Virus record (IMG/VR): IMGVR_UViG_3300024255_000011
Span: 32,001-96,000 of that record
Length of the DNA stretch: 64,000 nucleotides
Direction: 5' to 3' (one strand)
Origin: a virus
Shown piece by piece: positions 28,617 to 38,049 of this stretch (its first letter is position 1; each line of letters begins with the position of its first letter). A program made the position numbers and the translations under genes. The notes under the pieces are model-generated. The model searched no databases and had not been told where the DNA came from. It saw only the letters and a list, made by a program, of their open reading frames with translations.

Positions 28617-29153
28617 TCAAGGATTAATAATTGACTCTAGTTGAGCAACTTGCTCTGTAAGTTGATTAACCTGAGACTGAAGATCGTTAACCAGTGAGGC
28701 AGTAGACTCTGTAAGGTAATGAGCTGTTGTGACACTAACCCAGTTACCTGTGTATGGATCTACAGTATTGCCATCATCATCAACAACAGGTGAAGCGTTT
28801 GGGGTTACATAATAAATCTTCAGGAGACTATTTTTAGTATCATACCAACAGGTTCCAGGAAGTGGATCAATTGGGATGTCAATATTATATTGGTCTAGGT
28901 TTGGATAAACATCGGCCAACGTTGGAGGAGTATCACCACTGTAAATAATTGATCCGGTGTTTTGACCAGAGGTGACTCCAATCCAACCAGGAGTACCTTG
29001 TGAATCAATATCAGATGAAAATACGTACATCTGCAGAGAGGATGAACTGACCCAAAGTTCTCCATCTCGTCTGAGAGGAGAATTAACATCAGGTTCTACC
29101 GGCCTAAGAAGTACCGTGTTTCTAAGTTCTGTTACTCCGGGAGTGCTAGTCAT
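28617..29153 (-). CDS. Structural protein with two GxLW repeats and a C-terminal coiled coil
   Basis: DGELWVS...MYVF and PGTCWYD...LKIYY; late promoter at 29171-29177. Confidence 0.75.
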   Translation of the reverse strand: MTSTPGVTELRNTVLLRPVEPDVNSPLRRDGELWVSSSSLQMYVFSSDIDSQGTPGWIGVTSGQNTGSIIYSGDTPPTLADVYPNLDQYNIDIPIDPLPGTCWYDTKNSLLKIYYVTPNASPVVDDDGNTVDPYTGNWVSVTTAHYLTESTASLVNDLQSQVNQLTEQVAQLESIINP

Positions 29154-29176
29154 TGTATTACCCTTTTTGTTATTTA

Positions 29177-29851
29177 TTACTCAACCAAACCAACCTGACT
29201 TCTCAGAGTATCTACTCTGGCTTGTAGAGAGTTTGTTGAGGTGTGTAAGTTTCTAAGTGATGATGCAGGAAGTTGATTATTAAAGTTTTCCTTTGGATTC
29301 TCAATTGCCTCAATAGATCTTTGAGTAATTGAAGCCCACTGCCAACCAATCATATCCCCGTCATCGTCACGAAGTTCAACTCTCACCTTAAGATCCACAT
29401 CTTCTCTGTTAAAGTACATATGACTTTGTTTGAAGATATCAATTCTATTTTCAGGTGTAGGGATAGTGATGTCATCACCATCTGAAGCTGTTGGAAGAAT
29501 CAGATAGTCATAAGCTCGTTTGTTAGTTGTCAACGCATACCATCTATTAGGTTGTGCGTCTTCAAACGTCATTTCGTTCTCATTGTACACATACATCAAG
29601 TACATGTTGTTGGGGTCAATCCACAAGTTGCCACCATCTGGATCCAGTGGTGGGTTTGGAATATCGGTACCTGGAATGTAGAAGAGCCAAGAATTTCTTT
29701 CGAAATCGTAATAGTAAGGCCCAGATGTGTACTCGTTATTTGTGATTTGATAGTTTACTGGAGCATTTACAAAATACTTTGGTGCCGGTTTGTTAGTGCT
29801 TTGAGCAGCCGCAGAGTATTCAGTTGCTTCTGTGTTATAGGAATTTGTCAT
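29177..29851 (-). CDS. Structural protein with GxLW repeat(s) and a C-terminal coiled coil
   Basis: GGNLWIDP...MYVY...W; LQARVDTLRSQV. Confidence 0.7.
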   Translation of the reverse strand: MTNSYNTEATEYSAAAQSTNKPAPKYFVNAPVNYQITNNEYTSGPYYYDFERNSWLFYIPGTDIPNPPLDPDGGNLWIDPNNMYLMYVYNENEMTFEDAQPNRWYALTTNKRAYDYLILPTASDGDDITIPTPENRIDIFKQSHMYFNREDVDLKVRVELRDDDGDMIGWQWASITQRSIEAIENPKENFNNQLPASSLRNLHTSTNSLQARVDTLRSQVGLVE

Positions 29852-29853
29852 GG

Positions 29854-30996
29854 TTATGTGAGGATGAGCTCACCTTGTAAGGTTGAATCTAGATCATTCC
29901 AAACGTAAATAGTTTGTTGGTTATTAATATTCAAATTACCAATTGAAAGGAGGTAGCCAAAAGCATCACCTGTTTGACCCTCAGTTGGAATATCCACAAT
30001 TGGACCATACTCAATTCTCTCTGTGCTGATTATGTCATTCTGTGTTGCTTGGCCAAATGGCTTAGTTGCAAACTTGAATGCAAAGGCGGTGTCATCTTGA
30101 AGAGAATTAATTGGGATGACAAAGAACTGAGGACTCAGTAATGTTGAATCCACTGAGAAGTTACCATCACCTGTAATGACTTGAGTCGATCCGTCGTTAA
30201 ACGCAAGGAATTCTTCGCTGACACCATCTTGATTCACAAGGCCAATTCTCATTCCAATGTATTGTAAAGGATCAACCTCAAGAGGTACTGGTCTCAATCT
30301 AATAGCAGGAGAGCTCTTAGACTCAGAAACAAACTGATCTGAGTATTCTTCCTTAGCTGAAAGTTTACAAGAAACGTTAAATGTTACTTGAAAGTCTCCA
30401 TCAAAAATTGCAGTTCCTGGTTGAGCGGTTACGTTAGTGATAGCAGAATTAGGATTACTGAATGTAATGTAATGCTTTGTTAGTACTCCATCGACATTCC
30501 TTTCGACATACTCAGGTGCCGATCTCCACTCGTAATTGATATATGACTCTGGTGCACCACCTTGTGGTCTGGTGATTTGGAACATAGTCTCTTCACCTTC
30601 GAAGGGAGTAGACTTACCAGAAATCTCAATTTTACCAATAACAAGATTACGATTTGGATCTTCGGGTGACATCTCTGGGTTGGTAGAGGATACCCACCTA
30701 CCCTGTACAGGATCAGAAGAATCGAGAGTTGGAGGTTTATGATACACTCTCAACTCGCATAGTCTTTGATCCCACCACAAGTCACCATCAAGAAGTTGAA
30801 CACCCTCGAGCGCAGGATCAATGGTGTCACTATACATCTTAGCGCCAGGGCTATTCAAAGTCTTCCAGGAATTCTTTCCTGGATCCCAAAAATACACAAC
30901 CTTAGTTTGTGGATGAACCCAAGTGGAGTAACTTTCTACTCCTAGACCGCCTGGTCCACTTGGGAAATCATCAGAATCTAACCAACTATCTGTCAT
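29854..30996 (-). CDS. Structural protein: FPxxP domain, GDLW repeat and PKD/Ig-like domain
   Basis: FPSGP...YFWDPGKNSW; DGDLWWD...LRVY; Ig/PKD-like 'IEISG...YEW...ITFSNPNSAITNVT...VSC'; late promoter at 31014-31020. Confidence 0.7.
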   Translation of the reverse strand: MTDSWLDSDDFPSGPGGLGVESYSTWVHPQTKVVYFWDPGKNSWKTLNSPGAKMYSDTIDPALEGVQLLDGDLWWDQRLCELRVYHKPPTLDSSDPVQGRWVSSTNPEMSPEDPNRNLVIGKIEISGKSTPFEGEETMFQITRPQGGAPESYINYEWRSAPEYVERNVDGVLTKHYITFSNPNSAITNVTAQPGTAIFDGDFQVTFNVSCKLSAKEEYSDQFVSESKSSPAIRLRPVPLEVDPLQYIGMRIGLVNQDGVSEEFLAFNDGSTQVITGDGNFSVDSTLLSPQFFVIPINSLQDDTAFAFKFATKPFGQATQNDIISTERIEYGPIVDIPTEGQTGDAFGYLLSIGNLNINNQQTIYVWNDLDSTLQGELILT

Positions 30997-31016
30997 AATC
31001 CTAGTGTTTTAGTTAT

Positions 31017-34000
31017 TTATTGGTTTTCTTGGGACTCTAGGATAGAGAGTCTAGCACTCATTCTAGAAATCTCATTTTTCAGTTCCTCAACCTCTGCATT
31101 TACTTCAAATGCCGTTGTTGCGGGAATTGATTTATATCCAGTACCCTGAACAGGAACCCATACAAAGTCAGTGGATCCAGATGGGATGTAAGCGACTCTC
31201 ATTTCAGCGGAGTCAGTATCAAACCAAAGATCACCAGACTTCGTAGTGCCCTTTAGAGGTTGAATTGAGTCGACATGTACCTCAAATCTGTTATCAAGGA
31301 CAGCCTTAAGGTCACCTGTCACAGAAATCCAAGACTTAGCTGAGAAGTTGTATGTGTATATTATGTAAGTCTCTGCGTCAATCCAGAGATCACCATTCTT
31401 AGCTATTGAAATAGGAGGCTCAGAGTCCTGTAACCAGATGTTACTGAAAGACTGAGTTACATTATCTTCTCCACCACCAGATGCTGCACCCAATTCAATC
31501 CAGAAGACATTTTCATCTGGCTTGTTGATTAGGTCATCATCAGAAGGATTAACGGTTCTGAATTCACAAACATAGATGGAGTAGTCAGTTGGATCGATCC
31601 AAAGATCACCCCTCTGAGGTACATAGTGACCCTTGACATCATTGATATCTGGGATAATATGTACTGTTGGTTTCAGTGTGTGAAGTTCATTCAGAATGTC
31701 AAGGTTCAGGATATTGGCCTGTTCCTGAGTTTCATATCTGATCAGTTCACCATCAGGTCCAACAATATCACTGGTACCTTGAGGACCATCACCTAGGGCC
31801 CCTCTCGAATCACCAAAGAACCTTTTGCTAGTCTCGACCGCACGAGGAGTGTTAACGAGAACAACATCTCTAGTAGTTACTCTGCCCAGTGGGTTGTCGA
31901 TACAAACAGATCCCGACGCGGCTCTCATAAAGGTCCCTTCAGGACCCTGAGGACCTGATCTACCATAAACCTTAGTCAGGCTGTTAGTGCCATTCAGGTT
32001 CTGATAGAAGATGTTCCAGATGCCAGTTTGTCCAGGATCTCCATCATCGAGATCAATACTATCAACACTAAAGACTGTGATGATGCCCTTGGCGATGATG
32101 TTAGAACCATCCGAATTCTTGAGAGGTTCGTTGGGGTAATTATCACTGATTCCCTCAGCAATTGTGCCCCAGTGAATCGTGCCACCATTGTCAGTTTCCT
32201 TACATCCAGCAATCAAACCGAAATATGGTTCGTGTGTTTCACCAAAGTTGATACAAACTGATCCATTAATCGGATCAACATAGTAACTATTAACCAATCC
32301 ACCAGATGGACTTTGTCTGTAAAGACTTATCGACTTAACATCAGAAGATCCTGGTGGTCTGTAGAAACAGGTATAGGTGCCGAATCCATTGGGATAGACA
32401 TCAGATGCTACAACAAGCTCAATCTTTTTGACAAGAATGGGGTTGCCATTTTCCAACACCAACTCGCCACCAGATCCAGTGGCGTAGTTGTTATCACTAC
32501 CCCAATACAGGTAACCCTCAACATCTACCTCTTCACAACCAATCTTAGGATGCTCATTGGGACCTGGATCAACTGGTTGATCTGGGCCAGGGCCTTCGGG
32601 GACAATTGGAAGACAGATGCCATCGATACAACCATAACCTTCTGGACAATCAGAGTTTAGATTACAACCAACTCTACATCTTCCATCAATACAAATAGTA
32701 CCATTAGGACAATCTGCGTCTTCATCACACTGGGCTGGGAAACATGCTCCTGGAGGTGTCAGACATGTCTCATTGTCATTAGGACAATCACCATCTACCA
32801 CACATTGTGGGCGACAAATGCCAACAATACAAATGTAACCAGGAGGACACTCTCCATCTGGTCCACATTCACCTTCAGGCTTTCCACCTGGGACACAATG
32901 TCCATCCCAACAAATAAAGCCAGGAGGACAATCGTTATCTCCGTTACAGGGTTTCAGACAAATATTGCCAACACACTCCATCTCTCCAGGACAATCTGTG
33001 TCAGAGGTACAGGAGGGTCTACACTTACCATTGAAACACTCAAATCCTGTAGGACAATCAACATCATCTTCACATCCAATCAGTGGGAGACAGATACCAC
33101 CGCCAACACATTCGTGTCCAGGAGGACATTCGTTGTCTGACCCACCAGGACAGGTTGGGAAACACACTCCATTATAACATTCATATCCATCAGGACATCC
33201 ATTAACGGAACAATCTGGACGACAAATACCATCAAAACAAACAAAGTTTGAGGGACACTCACCATCGTTGCCACAATCGATATTGGGGATACACAGTCCA
33301 CCAATACACATAAACCCTTCAGGGCATGTACCATCATCACAAGGTCTGTAGCAACCACCGTTGGGCCCACATTCAAATCCATCAGGACAATCTGAATCAA
33401 TAGTACAAGATGGACGACATAAACCATCAATACACTCTAGTCCAGTCGGACAATCGTCATTTGCGTTACATCCAATAACTGGAATACATGCTCCTAGGAG
33501 ACACTCATATCCAGGAGGACACTCAGTGCCATCACAGGGAGGATAACACCCACCATCTACACATACAAGGTCTCCAGGACATCCAGTGCCGTCAGGTTGA
33601 CAGGTAGGGCGACAATGTCCATTAATACAATCCCAAATCTCGCCAGTGGGAGGTGTTGGACAATCAGTACCATCATCACATCCTCCAGGAAATTCAGGTC
33701 CAGGTCCAATTGGAAGACATACACCACCAATACAGACATGACCTGTTGGGCAACCTTCTGGGGGACACTCAGGGAGACATACACCATCGAAACAAAGGAA
33801 CCCTTCACCACACTGGTCGTCATTTACATCACAATACTCTCTACATGCTCCTAGGATACATTCATATCCAGCTGGACAAGGTACGGTACATGGTCCATAG
33901 ATTGGGTGACAATGGCCATCAATACATTGGAATCCATCAGGACACTCATCACCATTAGGACAAGGCTTCAGACAAAGTCCACCAACACACTCATATCCAC

Positions 34001-37000
34001 TAGGACACTCATTGCTGCTATTGAGGGGACACTCAATAATGACACACTCTCCATCCAGACAATGATAACCTTCTGGACACTCGCCATTACATCCCTTACC
34101 TGGGACACAATAGGATTCGCCATCAATTGTTTGACAATGGAATCCTGGAGGACATAACATACCCTCCTCATCACCACAAGGTTTCAGGCAGATACCCTGA
34201 ACACAAAGGAATCCAGCGGGACAATCTCTGTCACCTCCAGGACATTCGATCTGTGCACAGATGCCACCAATACACACGAATCCTTCTGGACAATCCTTAT
34301 CTTCCTCACATCTACCACCAATTGGTTCTTCTGGTGAATACTCACAATAGGAATCTACATTATCAACCTCAATGTAATATCCACCAAGTGGTGACTTACC
34401 AAACTGTTGTCCTGCGACAACGAGTTTCTCGTTCTCATCCAGATAAATTGCTGACCACTCCTGATCGGATGTGATATCAAAGTCAGGATTATCACAAGTA
34501 TCAACTGTAAAGGTAGCAAGAACTCGTCTAGCTAGGAGTTGTGTGCTCCCATCAGTGATTCCAGTGGTATTATCACTACCATCATTCCAATACAGTTCAC
34601 CAGCTGAGTAATTTGGATCTACTCTGTTACAATCAGGGAGGAAACCAAAGTGAACATCACCTTCACACTCGTCTGGATCACAATTGGTACCATCAAGGTA
34701 GTAACCTTCTGATGGTGACTGACCATAAGTGATTGTTGTGCCTGATGTACCATCAGCTCTCTTGAATACACAAATCCAATCACCAAACTTAAGGTTATCG
34801 GAGTTAAAGGATACAACACCAACAATAAATGTGGCGTCTGTTACATCATTTCCATCTACATCCTTAATCAGGTCACCAGTAGTTCCATCACCCCAGTGGA
34901 GTGTGGTTCCAGTGGTGAGGAGAGTCTTGCGACAACCTGTGATTTCACCTCTTACTGGTATTCCATTACCAATGATATCACCAGGGTCATTCTTACATTT
35001 GACATCAGTAGTGTCAAGGAAGAACGCCGTGCTGTCCTCAATGGGATCAGCTGGGTAAATGCCTTCTCTTGTTGCTTGTCTTACTTCTTCAACGCCACCA
35101 ACCAGTTTGACATACAGACAATCCCACTTACCATAGTTGTTATCGCACTTATCATCAGTGGACACTCTCAGAATCTTGACTACATCAGTGTCAATAACTT
35201 CAGATGTAGCGAATACATCAATGTCACTGACTGGACCCCACAGAAGGTTGGTACCTTCTTCTGTTTCTCTACAACCCTCTGGTTGTGCGTATTCGGTCTC
35301 ATCCAGAGGACAGTTATCCTCCTCAATATCTACCAAACAATCTCCTAAGAGATAGAAACCAAATGGTGGAGAAGATGTCTCACTACCATCTTGGCGATGT
35401 ACCACCAATTTTGTCTGATTGAGATCAGTGATAACCAGACTGAAATACACCTTGTTATCCAAGGTCATTGGACGATAAACCCTCTTGACCTTATCTGCCA
35501 AGGTACCGTTGCTGTAATTTACATCCTCTCCAGTGAGAGCAATGTATTGACTCTTTCTACCCCAGTAAAGTTGCGATGCCGTCAATCTCTCACGACATCC
35601 AGTAAAGATACCAAACTGCAGTTCTGGAAGATCTGATACATCATCGAGACAATGACCATTATCCTGAATGAAGAATCCTTCTGTTGTACCATCATCTGTT
35701 ACAGTTGGGGAATAACCAATTGCAAATCCACCACCAATCTTCTCATAAACTGCAGCCCAAATACCTTCTTTATCTGTCTCATTGACATTTGGATCTGTAC
35801 TGAAAACATAGAGAATTCTCTTACAATCAATTACCTTATCACCATTAGAGCCTGGTGAACTGTAAGAACTGGCTCCAGTTGTACCATCTCCCCAAAGGAG
35901 TGCCCCAGTAGATGCGACATCATCAAGTGCTTCACACCCAGTGATGTTACCAGGCCAGGGTAGTGTGGTACCTTCTTCGGGTGCTTCCACACTTGGATTC
36001 AGACACTCATTGTCACTAACAATAAAGAATCCGATCTCACATGTGGCTGGATCGATATTACCTTCATAGATTACTGTATCGATATTACCATCAAACTTGG
36101 TGTATGTAAGAAGCCAGTCGCCAGTGATAGTACCATCGTCCTCTATAACATAACGAGTACCAGGAGCACTGACTACAAAGTTGAGTTTCTGTACTCCATC
36201 AACATATAATCCATTATCATCAACTGGGAGGGATTCTGCTTCGATCCCATTACCCCAATACAATCTACCATCATTATTAGGATTGCCGTCTCCGTCAACA
36301 TCAGAGACTTCTTTACATCCCTCACTAGCAAGGCAACCAGGTACGGTTGGAGGTAGTGGTTCCTCTGGAATATTGACATCACACTCAGCATCAGCAATGA
36401 ATGCACTTCTGGTGTCTACGTCAAAAGAGTTATCAAAGATAGAAGCGACCTTAATGTCTGTGGCATCTACACTGGTATAGTATACATTATACTTACCTTT
36501 CATTGAGTCTCTGTCACAACCCTCAAAGGTTATGGCTTTGATCTCAGTGACCCCTTCAATTTCTGACCCATCATCTAAAATGGGTGTGCCCAAGGGCTCG
36601 GCAGCTTCGGGGTCATAATTATCATAATCATCTTGTGAACCCCAGACCAGTTTGTTGGTATAATCACCAGCTGGTTCTAATACTGCACAACCAATAGGTT
36701 TAATAGGTAGTGGTTGACAACCATCTTGGTCATCACCACAAGAATCTGGGTCATCGTAAACCAGGAAGTATCCCTCAGGACCTGTAGGGGAACTAATGCC
36801 TTCTGTGCTGATTTCATCAGAATCGAGCACTTTATCATCGCAGTTTGTAGCGCCAACTGCATTCCAACTCTGGGAGTAGAATGTCTCAGGAACTGTGCCC
36901 TGAGGCTCATAACCCATCGCGATGGTGCCAGTGATGGATTTGATATCAGTTCTTACAAGTTTGGCCCCAGTAAGGTCACCAAAAAGATTACCACCATCAT

Positions 37001-37817
37001 ACCAGGTCTCATATACAGATTGAGGACCCCAATACAAGTCTGCACAATCTCTAACTTTCTTGCAACCAAATACTGTACCGGCTGTTGGTGGCTGAATGGT
37101 GCCGCCTCCGCCACTGCCGCCGCCGCCATCACAAGGGTACCAACCACCTGTGCCGCTGTTAAGGTCTGGGTCCCAACACACAGTTTGTCCAGGTTTGATG
37201 CCGTCCATATCGACGTCATCCATTTTCTGGAGTCTAACTTCACCAGAACCAGGTGACTGTCCATCACCACCCTGACCGATACCAGCAACAATCGTTTGAC
37301 CTTGCTCATCAAGGGTTTGACGAATGATTCCAAGTTGGTTAGTAAGATATTCAACCTTCTCTTCAAGCTGACCACTCTCAGAATCAGAGGTGATTACCTG
37401 TTGATTATTTTTCTTGACGTATCCAGATAAAGAATCTGCCAGTGACTGAATGTGATCAAAGGGAGATTCACTAATCTCTTCCTCTTCCTCAATTGATTCA
37501 GGTTGTACATAATCTGGGATGTATTCTTGTGCTGTTCTCTCTGCATCTTCCTGCTCCTCATCTAGAGCATACTTATTCCTCAAGTATTCAGTCAATCTTG
37601 TATCGACGTCACCACCTTCAGTAATATTAGCTTTAATTTCTCTTACAACATCATCAGTAAGTTCAATTTCGTTATTATTGAGCTTCTCTATGAGTTCTTT
37701 TTCGTAATCTTCTTGAGTCGGTTGGATCTCACCACCTGCTAACATGCTGGCTTGATCTACGTTTACTTCCTCAAACAGGTCGTCTAACTGACTAAAAAGA
37801 TCCTTATCGTTTGTCAT
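31017..37817 (-). CDS. Giant cysteine-rich repeat protein (2266 aa), probably virion-associated
   Basis: Acidic coiled-coil N-terminus ending GSGEVRLQKMDDVD; ten 'GC...LxWG...C' domains; 25 four-Cys modules; three C-terminal GDLW repeats and a coiled coil. Confidence 0.85.
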   Translation of the reverse strand: MTNDKDLFSQLDDLFEEVNVDQASMLAGGEIQPTQEDYEKELIEKLNNNEIELTDDVVREIKANITEGGDVDTRLTEYLRNKYALDEEQEDAERTAQEYIPDYVQPESIEEEEEISESPFDHIQSLADSLSGYVKKNNQQVITSDSESGQLEEKVEYLTNQLGIIRQTLDEQGQTIVAGIGQGGDGQSPGSGEVRLQKMDDVDMDGIKPGQTVCWDPDLNSGTGGWYPCDGGGGSGGGGTIQPPTAGTVFGCKKVRDCADLYWGPQSVYETWYDGGNLFGDLTGAKLVRTDIKSITGTIAMGYEPQGTVPETFYSQSWNAVGATNCDDKVLDSDEISTEGISSPTGPEGYFLVYDDPDSCGDDQDGCQPLPIKPIGCAVLEPAGDYTNKLVWGSQDDYDNYDPEAAEPLGTPILDDGSEIEGVTEIKAITFEGCDRDSMKGKYNVYYTSVDATDIKVASIFDNSFDVDTRSAFIADAECDVNIPEEPLPPTVPGCLASEGCKEVSDVDGDGNPNNDGRLYWGNGIEAESLPVDDNGLYVDGVQKLNFVVSAPGTRYVIEDDGTITGDWLLTYTKFDGNIDTVIYEGNIDPATCEIGFFIVSDNECLNPSVEAPEEGTTLPWPGNITGCEALDDVASTGALLWGDGTTGASSYSSPGSNGDKVIDCKRILYVFSTDPNVNETDKEGIWAAVYEKIGGGFAIGYSPTVTDDGTTEGFFIQDNGHCLDDVSDLPELQFGIFTGCRERLTASQLYWGRKSQYIALTGEDVNYSNGTLADKVKRVYRPMTLDNKVYFSLVITDLNQTKLVVHRQDGSETSSPPFGFYLLGDCLVDIEEDNCPLDETEYAQPEGCRETEEGTNLLWGPVSDIDVFATSEVIDTDVVKILRVSTDDKCDNNYGKWDCLYVKLVGGVEEVRQATREGIYPADPIEDSTAFFLDTTDVKCKNDPGDIIGNGIPVRGEITGCRKTLLTTGTTLHWGDGTTGDLIKDVDGNDVTDATFIVGVVSFNSDNLKFGDWICVFKRADGTSGTTITYGQSPSEGYYLDGTNCDPDECEGDVHFGFLPDCNRVDPNYSAGELYWNDGSDNTTGITDGSTQLLARRVLATFTVDTCDNPDFDITSDQEWSAIYLDENEKLVVAGQQFGKSPLGGYYIEVDNVDSYCEYSPEEPIGGRCEEDKDCPEGFVCIGGICAQIECPGGDRDCPAGFLCVQGICLKPCGDEEGMLCPPGFHCQTIDGESYCVPGKGCNGECPEGYHCLDGECVIIECPLNSSNECPSGYECVGGLCLKPCPNGDECPDGFQCIDGHCHPIYGPCTVPCPAGYECILGACREYCDVNDDQCGEGFLCFDGVCLPECPPEGCPTGHVCIGGVCLPIGPGPEFPGGCDDGTDCPTPPTGEIWDCINGHCRPTCQPDGTGCPGDLVCVDGGCYPPCDGTECPPGYECLLGACIPVIGCNANDDCPTGLECIDGLCRPSCTIDSDCPDGFECGPNGGCYRPCDDGTCPEGFMCIGGLCIPNIDCGNDGECPSNFVCFDGICRPDCSVNGCPDGYECYNGVCFPTCPGGSDNECPPGHECVGGGICLPLIGCEDDVDCPTGFECFNGKCRPSCTSDTDCPGEMECVGNICLKPCNGDNDCPPGFICWDGHCVPGGKPEGECGPDGECPPGYICIVGICRPQCVVDGDCPNDNETCLTPPGACFPAQCDEDADCPNGTICIDGRCRVGCNLNSDCPEGYGCIDGICLPIVPEGPGPDQPVDPGPNEHPKIGCEEVDVEGYLYWGSDNNYATGSGGELVLENGNPILVKKIELVVASDVYPNGFGTYTCFYRPPGSSDVKSISLYRQSPSGGLVNSYYVDPINGSVCINFGETHEPYFGLIAGCKETDNGGTIHWGTIAEGISDNYPNEPLKNSDGSNIIAKGIITVFSVDSIDLDDGDPGQTGIWNIFYQNLNGTNSLTKVYGRSGPQGPEGTFMRAASGSVCIDNPLGRVTTRDVVLVNTPRAVETSKRFFGDSRGALGDGPQGTSDIVGPDGELIRYETQEQANILNLDILNELHTLKPTVHIIPDINDVKGHYVPQRGDLWIDPTDYSIYVCEFRTVNPSDDDLINKPDENVFWIELGAASGGGEDNVTQSFSNIWLQDSEPPISIAKNGDLWIDAETYIIYTYNFSAKSWISVTGDLKAVLDNRFEVHVDSIQPLKGTTKSGDLWFDTDSAEMRVAYIPSGSTDFVWVPVQGTGYKSIPATTAFEVNAEVEELKNEISRMSARLSILESQENQ
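32600..34312 (-). repeat. Array of 25 'C-x(3-8)-CPxGxxC-xxG-x-C' modules
   Basis: Counted directly from the translation. Confidence 0.9.
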
Positions 37818-37834
37818 TGAACTTACAGTTTTGA

Positions 37835-38041
37835 TTATTTAGAAGGGGTGGTTGAGGTTAGAGTCCATCGTTCATCGATGAAAATGGATTCTACTCTTAG
37901 TGATTGGTTATACCATCTATCTCCCTGTTGAAGATCTCCTCCATTATCTCTAAACTCTGGTTCTGAGTCAGATAAGATAAAAACATTGATGGGACTTGGA
38001 GTAACACCAATGCTTGCAACAGTTAGGTAAGGTCTCGCCAT
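37835..38041 (-). CDS. Small protein with a single GDRW module
   Basis: 'SDSEP...LQQGDRWYN...W'; late promoter at 38051-38057. Confidence 0.7.
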   Translation of the reverse strand: MARPYLTVASIGVTPSPINVFILSDSEPEFRDNGGDLQQGDRWYNQSLRVESIFIDERWTLTSTTPSK

Positions 38042-38049
38042 TTTTATTA

